From assembly GCF_039541115.1 (NCBI RefSeq), contig NZ_BAABFP010000005.1, positions 744,001-808,000 of the forward strand: DNA of 64,000 nucleotides. The letters run 5' to 3'. The notes beneath the pieces are model-generated. The model made no database searches. It was not told the origin of the DNA and saw only the letters and a list, made by a program, of their open reading frames with translations. The first letter of the stretch is position 1. Each line of letters begins with the position of its first letter. Source of the DNA: Angustibacter luteus (lineage in GTDB: Bacteria; Actinomycetota; Actinomycetes; Actinomycetales; Angustibacteraceae). This document shows positions 9,678 through 16,531 of this stretch, one piece after another. Made by a program: the position numbers and the translations under genes.

Positions 9678-9773
9678 TGGCGGAGGCGGACGGGAATCGA
9701 ACCCGCCAGACCGAGGTGCTCGGTCTCGTCGGTGTTGAAGACCGCGGGGACCACCAGGTACCCAGACGCCTCC
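9678..9773 (-). tRNA. selC: tRNA-Sec (UCA anticodon)
   Basis: 96 nt GGAGGCG...CGGT-CTTCAAC-ACCG, long variable arm AGACCGAG-CAC-CTCGGTCT, GGTTCGATTCC, encoded CCA; directly upstream of selB. Confidence 0.95.
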
Positions 9774-9833
9774 CCGCGACCGTCGTGCTGGCGGACCGCG
9801 GCAGGCCCGAGGCTACCGGGCCACCCGCTCCAA

Positions 9834-9898
9834 CTCCCCCGTGATCATGCACGTTCGCCCTGGCGTCCGGGGCGAACGTGCATGATCACCGCGGGGAG
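9834..9898. repeat. REP-like long palindrome
   Basis: Perfect 20-bp arms GTGATCATGCACGTTCGCCC (9841-9860) / GGGCGAACGTGCATGATCAC (9870-9889), extended by CTCCCC/GGGGAG. Confidence 0.8.
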
Positions 9899-9904
9899 GT
9901 GGGG

Positions 9905-10939
9905 TCAGTGGTCGCTGGAGGTCTTCCAGAGGTTGATGCCCGCCTCGATCGCGTGCCCGTCGATGGCCTCGAGCTCGTCGTCGCTGAAGCCGAGGTTGTC
10001 GAGCGCGGCGACGTTGGCCTCGAGCTGGCCGACGCTGCTGGCCCCGACCAGGACCGACGTGACCCGGTCGTCGCGCAGCGCCCAGGCCAGCGCCATCTGG
10101 GCCAGCGACTGCCCGCGCGCCGAGGCAATCTCGTTGAGCGCCCGCACGTGCCGGAGCGACTCGTCGGTGAGCAGCTCGGTCGACAGGGACTTGCCCTGGC
10201 TGGCCCGCGAACCCTCCGGCACACCGTCCAGGTACTTGTCGGTGAGCATGCCCTGGGCCAACGGGGAGAACGCGATCGCGCCGACGCCCTCGGCCTCCAA
10301 CGTGTCCAGCAGGCTCTCCTCGACCCAGCGGTTCAGCATCGAGTACGACGGCTGGTGGATCAGCAACGGCGTGCCCATGGCCCGCAGGATCGCGGCCGCC
10401 TCGGCGGTCCGCTCCGGGGAGTACGACGAGATACCGGCGTACAGCGCCTTGCCCGACCGCACGGCGTGGTCGAGGGCGCCCATGGTCTCCTCGAGCGGGG
10501 TCTCCGGGTCGAACCGGTGGCTGTAGAAGATGTCGACGTAGTCCAGGCCCATCCGGGTCAGCGACTGGTCCAGCGAGGCCAGCAGGTACTTGCGGGAGCC
10601 CCACTCGCCGTAGGGCCCGGGCCACATGTCGTAGCCGGCCTTGGACGAGATGACCAGCTCGTCGCGGTAGGGCCGGAAGTCGGTGGCGAAGTGGCGGCCG
10701 AAGTTCGTCTCGGCGCCGCCGTAGGGCGGCCCGTAGTTGTTGGCGAGGTCGAAGTGCGTGATGCCCAGGTCGAACGCCCGGCGCAGGGTCGCCTGCTGAC
10801 GCTCGAACGGGACGTCGTCCCCGAAGTTGTGCCAGAGGCCGAGCGACACGGCGGGCAGCTGCACCCCGCTTCGCCCCGTCCGTCGGTAGGTCATCGAGTC
10901 GTAGCGGTCGTCCGCGGCGCGGAAGGGTGCAGGGATCAT
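9905..10939 (-). CDS. mgrA: Aldo/keto reductase, L-glyceraldehyde 3-phosphate reductase type (MgrA/YghZ)
   Basis: SLGLWHNFG, FDLANNYGPPYG, KAGYDMWPGPYG, HQPSYSMLNRW. Confidence 0.9.
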   Translation of the reverse strand: MIPAPFRAADDRYDSMTYRRTGRSGVQLPAVSLGLWHNFGDDVPFERQQATLRRAFDLGITHFDLANNYGPPYGGAETNFGRHFATDFRPYRDELVISSKAGYDMWPGPYGEWGSRKYLLASLDQSLTRMGLDYVDIFYSHRFDPETPLEETMGALDHAVRSGKALYAGISSYSPERTAEAAAILRAMGTPLLIHQPSYSMLNRWVEESLLDTLEAEGVGAIAFSPLAQGMLTDKYLDGVPEGSRASQGKSLSTELLTDESLRHVRALNEIASARGQSLAQMALAWALRDDRVTSVLVGASSVGQLEANVAALDNLGFSDDELEAIDGHAIEAGINLWKTSSDH

Positions 10940-10971
10940 GGCGCCAGTCTGCACCGGTCCGGCCAGGACGC

Positions 10972-11006
10972 ACGACGGCCCCCCGCAGACTGCGGGGGGC
11001 CGTCGT
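10972..11006 (-). terminator. GC-rich hairpin downstream of cspA
   Basis: ACGACGGCCCCCCGCA-gac-TGCGGGGGGCCGTCGT. Confidence 0.75.
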
Positions 11007-11020
11007 TCAGTCTGACGAGA

Positions 11021-11224
11021 TCAGATGGCGGTGACGTTCTCCGCCTGCGGGCCCTTGGGGCCCTGGGTGATCTCGAACTCGACGCGCTGGTTCTCGTCCA
11101 GCGAGCGGTAGCCCTGGCTCTGGATCGCCGAGTAGTGCACGAAGACGTCGGCGCCGCCGCCGTCCTGAGCAATGAAGCCGAAGCCCTTCTCAGCGTTGAA
11201 CCACTTCACAGAACCCTGTGCCAT
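11021..11224 (-). CDS. cspA: Cold-shock protein
   Basis: [18 protein letters not shown]...[17 protein letters not shown]. Confidence 0.95.
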   Translation of the reverse strand: MAQGSVKWFNAEKGFGFIAQDGGGADVFVHYSAIQSQGYRSLDENQRVEFEITQGPKGPQAENVTAI

Positions 11225-11464
11225 GCCGTCTCCTCCAGGGGACGTACTGCGACCGACACTGTGCCGGTCTGGTGTGCGGTCATACATCCCCACGTTGGAG
11301 CTGTGGCCCTAGCGAGCGGAGCCCGTGAACATCAGCGCCCGGGGCGGATACGCCACCCCCAGCGCCGATCAACGCAAGAAATCTGAACTGCAGCACCGAC
11401 TATTATGCCATGCAGGGGGCTCAGCGCCAGTGTTGTCACCCGGTCGATTCGCTCGAGAACCAGG

Positions 11465-12661
11465 TCAGGACAGGACCCGCAACCGGATGGTCTCGGGCAT
11501 CTGCTCCAGGCGCTCGACGATCTCCGGCGTGTAGTCGGCGTTGACGTCCGTGACCAGGTAGCCGACGTCTCCGCGGGTGCTCAGGTTCTGCGCCTCGACG
11601 TTGACCCCGTGCTCGGCGAACAGGGCGTTCACGGTGGCCAGCACCCCCGGCACGTTGCGGTGCATGTGCGCCAGCCGGTGCGACCCGGCCAGGTCGCCGG
11701 CCCCGATCGGGGGCATGTTGACCGACAGGGACGTCGAGCCGCCCTGGGCGTAGCCGATCAGCTTGCCCGCGACGAAGCGCCCGATGTCCTGCTGCGCCTC
11801 CTGCGTGCTGCCGCCGACGTGCGGGGTGAGGATCACGTTGGGCAGGCCGCGCAGGTCGGAATCGAAGGGGTCCCCCTGGCGCTTCGGCTCGAACGGGAAG
11901 ACGTCGATCGCCGCGCCGGCGATGTGACCGGACCGGATGTGCTTGCCGAGCGCCTCGGTGTCGACCACGAAGCCGCGGGACATGTTCATGAAGAACGAGC
12001 GCGGCCGCATCGTCGCGAACTGCTGCTCGCCGAACATGTCCTGGTTGCCCGGACGTCCGTCGACGTGCAGGGAGATGACCTCGGCGGTCTCGAGCAGCTC
12101 GCCGAGGCTGCCGCAGCGGCGGGCGTTCCCCATCGCCAGCCGGTCCTCGGTGTCGTAGAAGAACACCGACATGCCGAGTGCCTCCGCGACCACGGACAGC
12201 TGAGAGCCGATGTTGCCGTAGCCGACGATGCCCAGCTTGCGGCCGCGCACCTCGTGCGAGCCCTTGGCCGACTTGTCCCAGATTCCCGCGTGCATGGCGG
12301 CGTTCTTCTCGGTCAGCCGGCGGGCGAGCGCGATGATCGCGCCGATGGTCACCTCGACCACGCTGCGGGTGTTCGAGTACGGCGCGTTGAACACGGCGAC
12401 GCCGTTCCCGGTCGCTGCGGTGAGGTCGATCTGGTTGGTGCCGATGCAGAACGCGCCGACGGCCTGCAGCTGCGGCGCGCCGGCCAGCACCTTCTCGGTC
12501 AGGAAGGTCGTCGACCGGATGCCGAGCAGGTCGATGCCGGGCAGGGCGTCGATCAGCTCGTCCTCGTCCAACGCTCCGGAGCGGGTCTCGACCTCGTGGC
12601 CGCTGGCTCGCAGCAGCTCGGCCGCGTCGGTGTGGATGTTCTCGAGCAGCAGTGCGCGCAC
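11465..12661 (-). CDS. serA: D-3-phosphoglycerate dehydrogenase with ACT domain
   Basis: FCIGTNQIDL, FNAPYSNTRSV, GYGNIG, TPHVGGSTQEAQ, HRNVPGVL. Confidence 0.93.
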   Translation of the reverse strand: MRALLLENIHTDAAELLRASGHEVETRSGALDEDELIDALPGIDLLGIRSTTFLTEKVLAGAPQLQAVGAFCIGTNQIDLTAATGNGVAVFNAPYSNTRSVVEVTIGAIIALARRLTEKNAAMHAGIWDKSAKGSHEVRGRKLGIVGYGNIGSQLSVVAEALGMSVFFYDTEDRLAMGNARRCGSLGELLETAEVISLHVDGRPGNQDMFGEQQFATMRPRSFFMNMSRGFVVDTEALGKHIRSGHIAGAAIDVFPFEPKRQGDPFDSDLRGLPNVILTPHVGGSTQEAQQDIGRFVAGKLIGYAQGGSTSLSVNMPPIGAGDLAGSHRLAHMHRNVPGVLATVNALFAEHGVNVEAQNLSTRGDVGYLVTDVNADYTPEIVERLEQMPETIRLRVLS

Positions 12662-12771
12662 GCCGTCTCTCCTGGAGCGTCGTCGGAGGTGGTACCTCAG
12701 GGTACGAGGACTGCCCGCAGGACGAGACGCCGGTCCACCTCGTGGACGCCCGTCGCCCTAGGCTGGGCCGG

Positions 12772-13554
12772 GTGAGCGAGGCAGACCAGCCGCCCAGCCG
12801 GCCCTCCGTCGTCCAGGACCCGGACGACCCGCTCGGCTACACGATGCTGGTCTCGGGGGTGCCGAGCAGCTACGTGCACCTCGGCGACCCCACCCGGCTG
12901 GAGTTCGAGTACGTGCGGTGGGCGGGCGACGTCATCGACGTCATGGCCGCCGAGGGCGAGCCCGTGCACACGGTTCACGTCGGAGGGGCAGGCTGCACCC
13001 TGGCCCGGTACGTCGCGGCGACCCGGCCGCGCTCCCGACAGATCGTGCTGGACGACGACCCCGCGGTGATCGAGCTGGCCCGGCAGACGTTCGGTTACAG
13101 CCGGCGCAGCGGCTTCCGGCTCCGCGAGGGCGACGGTCTCGAGGGACTGCGTCCGCTCGAGTCCGGGCACTTCGACCTGGTCATCCGCGACGCGTTCGCC
13201 GGCGACACGACTCCCGCGCACCTGACGACCACGGAGTTCGTCGGCCAGGCCGCGCGCGTGCTGAGCGCGGACGGCCTGTACGTGGCCAACATCGCCGACC
13301 GTCCCGGGCTCGGGCTGGTCCGGCGCGAGGTCGCGACCGCCTTGACGCTGTTCTCGCAGGTGGCGCTCGTCGGCGAGACCCAGCACCTGCGCGGCCGGCG
13401 GTACGGGAACGTGCTCCTGCTGGCCTCGCGGCGGCGGCTGCCCATCGCCGACCTGACCCGCCGGGTGGTCAGCGGTCCGGTACCGGCCCGCGTCGTGCCG
13501 CCCTCCGACGTCCGGCAGCTGGCGTCCGGCGCCGACCCGATCACCCCGCCCTAG
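12772..13554 (+). CDS. Spermidine synthase-like methyltransferase
   Basis: SYVHLGDPTRLEFEYVR, HVGGAG, IRDAF, GRRYGN; TAGGCT 7 nt before GTG. Confidence 0.8.
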   Translation: MSEADQPPSRPSVVQDPDDPLGYTMLVSGVPSSYVHLGDPTRLEFEYVRWAGDVIDVMAAEGEPVHTVHVGGAGCTLARYVAATRPRSRQIVLDDDPAVIELARQTFGYSRRSGFRLREGDGLEGLRPLESGHFDLVIRDAFAGDTTPAHLTTTEFVGQAARVLSADGLYVANIADRPGLGLVRREVATALTLFSQVALVGETQHLRGRRYGNVLLLASRRRLPIADLTRRVVSGPVPARVVPPSDVRQLASGADPITPP

Positions 13555-14300
13555 GCAGTGGCCCGCGGGGGTAGCGCCACCGGCGCCACCGGCACGACCT
13601 GCCGGCGCAGCTCGGCGCGGCGCAAGCCTTCGGCGAAGAGGCTCATGTCGAACCACGTCGGGAAGGCGCGGGCCAGCCGGCTCGGGCCGATCAGGCGGGC
13701 GTGGCCGTCCGCGACGAGCTCGCGGAACGGCACCCGCCCGTTCAGCCACCGGTGCATCTGGGCCGTGTCGGCCTGGACGGCCAGGTCCACGTCGTGGCCC
13801 TGGTCCTCGCGGCAGACGGTGGCGCCGCTCGAGTCCACCGCGAGCCAGCCCTCGGCCGCGCCGGGCCCGGTCAGGGCGAAGTGGACGACGGTGCGCGTCG
13901 CCGGGAGCTTGGCCGGGATCGCGTGCTGGTGCAGCCGCCAGATCACGGACAGACCGTCGCAGTCCTCGTCGGTGGGGTCGCCGAACACCCACTCCGCCGC
14001 CCAGTGCCCCATCGCCCAGACGATCGGGGTCAGCCCCTCACCCGCCTCGGTGAGGACGTACCGCCCGGGCCGGCCCCGCGTCGAGACCTCGCGGCGCACG
14101 AGTCCCTGCCGCGCCAGCTGCCGTAGCCGCTGGGTGAGCAAGGTCCGGCTGATCCGCGGGATGCCGCGGTGGATCTCGTTGAACCCGGTGGCGCCGACCA
14201 TGAGCTCCCGGATGACCAGCGGTGTCCACCGGTCACCGAGGACGTCGACACCCATCGCGATGGGGCAGTAGTCGGAGTAGCTCGTCCTCATGGCCTCCAT
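13551..14300 (-). CDS. HxlR-family transcriptional regulator with C-terminal SCP2-like domain
   Basis: YCPIAMGVDVLGDRWTPLVIREL, FNEIHRGIPRISRTLL; start may be 14291. Confidence 0.85.
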   Translation of the reverse strand: MEAMRTSYSDYCPIAMGVDVLGDRWTPLVIRELMVGATGFNEIHRGIPRISRTLLTQRLRQLARQGLVRREVSTRGRPGRYVLTEAGEGLTPIVWAMGHWAAEWVFGDPTDEDCDGLSVIWRLHQHAIPAKLPATRTVVHFALTGPGAAEGWLAVDSSGATVCREDQGHDVDLAVQADTAQMHRWLNGRVPFRELVADGHARLIGPSRLARAFPTWFDMSLFAEGLRRAELRRQVVPVAPVALPPRATA

Positions 14301-14324
14301 GGTCGCCCGGCCACCGAGCGCTGG

Positions 14325-14345
14325 GTAGTGCATTTTCTGTACTGC
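14325..14345. promoter_or_regulatory. Imperfect palindrome, candidate HxlR operator
   Basis: GTAGTGCA-ttttc-TGTACTGC, 25 bp upstream of the regulator start. Confidence 0.5.
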
Positions 14346-14527
14346 TTGGCAGGCGTCGGCCGGGGCGCGCAGCACCGGATATGCGGTGCTTCAGGCGGTT
14401 TCGATCGCACGACGCGGGCCGACGGCGGCGGTACGGCATCGCCACTCGTCGGGGCTACCCGGTGCGACGGACGCTACGTGCGACGGACGGGCACCGGAGC
14501 CGTCCGCACCACGACGAGAGGTCTGTC

Positions 14528-14659
14528 ATGCACTCCGCACTCACCGCCCCGTACGCCGCCGAGGTCGTCGCCAGCCGCCTGATCGAGGCGCAGCGACGTC
14601 ACCACGACACCGGACGGCGCCCCCGCCGTCGGTGGATCCGACGCGGGCTCCCCCGGTGA
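14528..14659 (+). CDS. Small Arg-rich hypothetical protein (43 aa)
   Basis: GAGAGG RBS; stop overlaps the next GTG (GTGA). Confidence 0.45.
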   Translation: MHSALTAPYAAEVVASRLIEAQRRHHDTGRRPRRRWIRRGLPR

Positions 14660-14907
14660 CCGCCGCACTGCAGCTGTTCGGTGCGACGGCCATCGGGGTC
14701 GGCCTGCTCGGGACGTACCTGGCCGCACAGCGACGCCTGGGCTGGCTGGTGTGCATCGCCTCGACGGTGATGTGGCGGCCGGCGCTCACCCAGGGGCGGC
14801 AGTGGGCGGCCGTCGCCAACTGCGGCCTGTCGATCGCGATCTGCCTGCGCAACTACCGCGCGACCAGTGGCCGGGACGCGCCGGCTCAGGCTCCGGGGTC
14901 CTCTTGA
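14656..14907 (+). CDS. Small membrane protein
   Basis: GTGA overlap; hydrophobic segments AIGVGLLGTYLA, GWLVCIASTVMW, AAVANCGLSIAICL. Confidence 0.5.
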   Translation: MTAALQLFGATAIGVGLLGTYLAAQRRLGWLVCIASTVMWRPALTQGRQWAAVANCGLSIAICLRNYRATSGRDAPAQAPGSS

Positions 14908-15818
14908 CCGCCGGGGGCCTCGGCCTTGAGGTAGCGCTCCACCTCGGCGGCCAGCTCGTCCGCGGACGGCAGCTTCGCGTCGTCGGTCGCCAGCAGGCTG
15001 CGGCGCTCCTGACCGCCCACGTAGGCGTCGTACTGCTGCTCCAGAGCGGTGACCACGCGGGCGACCTCGTCCGAGCCGGCGACCTGCTCGGCAATGGCCT
15101 CGCGGGTCTGCTCGGCGGCACTGAGCAGGTCCGAGCGCGGGACCACGAGTCCGGCGTAGTCGCTGAGCGAGTCGAGCAGCACAGCGGCCGCATCGGGGTA
15201 CGGGGTGTCGGACAGGTAGTGCGGCACCTGGACGACGAAGCCCAGTGCCGGGTGCCCGGCCTCGCCCAGCCGCAGCTCGAGGAGCGCGGCGGCCGAGCCC
15301 GGGATCTGCACGGTGCCCGGCCAGCTCTGGCCCTGCGGCACCAGGTCGGCGCGGTTGGCGTGCCCGATGACGCCGAGCGGACGGGTGTGCGGGACTGGCA
15401 TCCCGATCGCGTGCAGGCCCACCGTGGAGGACACGTCGAAGTGCTCGATGAGCTCGGTCACCGCGGCGGCGAAGCGTTCCCACTGGGTGTCCGGCTCCGG
15501 TCCGCGCAGGAGCAGGAAGACCTGCCCGTCCCGGTCCCGCACGGCGTACAGCACCAGCTCGGGGCGCTCGAACGAGGCGTAGTGGTCGTGGTCGTACACC
15601 ATGGCGGGGCGCCGCGACCGGTAGTCGACCAGCTGGTCCGCGTCGAAGGTGGCGACCGGCTCGTGCGGCAGGGAGCCGAGCAGGTGGTCCGCGACGAGGC
15701 GTGGGGCCGAGCCGGCGTCCACGAACCCGTTCAGCGCGTGCACCAGCACCGGGCCCGGGCCGGGCACGAGGTCCGGCGAGGGGTCGGCGAGCGTGTACAG
15801 GCTACGAGGGTCGAGCAC
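14886..15818 (-). CDS. PAC2 family proteasome assembly chaperone-like protein
   Basis: GFVDAG, DYRSRRP, GPEPDTQWERF, MPVPHTRP, VPHYL, LPSADELAAEVERYL. Confidence 0.88.
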   Translation of the reverse strand: MLDPRSLYTLADPSPDLVPGPGPVLVHALNGFVDAGSAPRLVADHLLGSLPHEPVATFDADQLVDYRSRRPAMVYDHDHYASFERPELVLYAVRDRDGQVFLLLRGPEPDTQWERFAAAVTELIEHFDVSSTVGLHAIGMPVPHTRPLGVIGHANRADLVPQGQSWPGTVQIPGSAAALLELRLGEAGHPALGFVVQVPHYLSDTPYPDAAAVLLDSLSDYAGLVVPRSDLLSAAEQTREAIAEQVAGSDEVARVVTALEQQYDAYVGGQERRSLLATDDAKLPSADELAAEVERYLKAEAPGGQEDPGA

Positions 15819-15915
15819 GTGGTCCTCCGTCAGCGGCGACGTCGAAGGTGACCGGGTGGTCGCGGGTGCCGCCTGCCGTGGTCAACGCCGACGGCGGCCA
15901 GAACCATCCCTGCCG

Positions 15916-16065
15916 TCAGGCCGGGCGGCAGTCCTCGTCGCGCGACGTCACGGGCAGCGGGCGACCGGCGTGGTCGAGCCGGAGGCGACGGGGGTTGGCG
16001 ACGCTCTGGCTGGTCCGGGGACGCTCGCCACCAGACGCGGCGACGATGGTGGTGTCCTGGCTCAC
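15916..16065 (-). CDS. Small hypothetical protein (49 aa)
   Basis: GGGAGG RBS before GTG; AT-rich leader with a CAGAAT -10-like box. Confidence 0.4.
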   Translation of the reverse strand: MSQDTTIVAASGGERPRTSQSVANPRRLRLDHAGRPLPVTSRDEDCRPA

Positions 16066-16215
16066 GAGTGCCTCCCAGCGGTTTTCTGTTGAAGACTTGA
16101 CCATTCTGGCAGACGCGGAGACTGCCTCCGCATCCGGGGCCCTCCCCGACCCTGTGGACAACGTCGGCGGCGACCCGCGCACCTTCTCTACGGTCGGTGA
16201 CATGAGGACCCCACG

Positions 16216-16518
16216 ATGAACGGTGCCAGCTTCAGCGTCGTGCCCGCCGTGCTCGAGGCGGAGGCATCGCGGCTCGAGGCCGCCGCGCACGCCGTCCGCG
16301 ACCTGCGTGAGCACCCCGGCGTGCTCCGCGGGCGCGCCCTGGACAGCGGCGACGACGAGCTCGCTGCCGCACTGGTGGGTTTCGCCTCGGCCTGGCAGGA
16401 CGGGCTGGACCGGGTGGCGTCGCAGGCCACCCGGTGGGCGCTGGTGATGCGTACGGCGCGCGACACCTACCTGCGAACCGAGCACGCGGTCGCGTCCATG
16501 TCCTGGACGGGCCGATGA
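16216..16518 (+). CDS. WXG100/ESX-like small helical protein
   Basis: 100 aa; FSVVPAVLEAEA start, central LAAALVGFASAWQDG, C-terminal ARDTYLRTE (Y-x-x-x-E type VII signal-like). Confidence 0.65.
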   Translation: MNGASFSVVPAVLEAEASRLEAAAHAVRDLREHPGVLRGRALDSGDDELAAALVGFASAWQDGLDRVASQATRWALVMRTARDTYLRTEHAVASMSWTGR

Positions 16519-16531
16519 GCGGGCCGGCCCG

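Noticed and set aside
9678..9773. tRNA-Sec as the integration site of an island
   Set aside because: No integrase, and no duplicated tRNA 3' end found in the window; selB follows directly.
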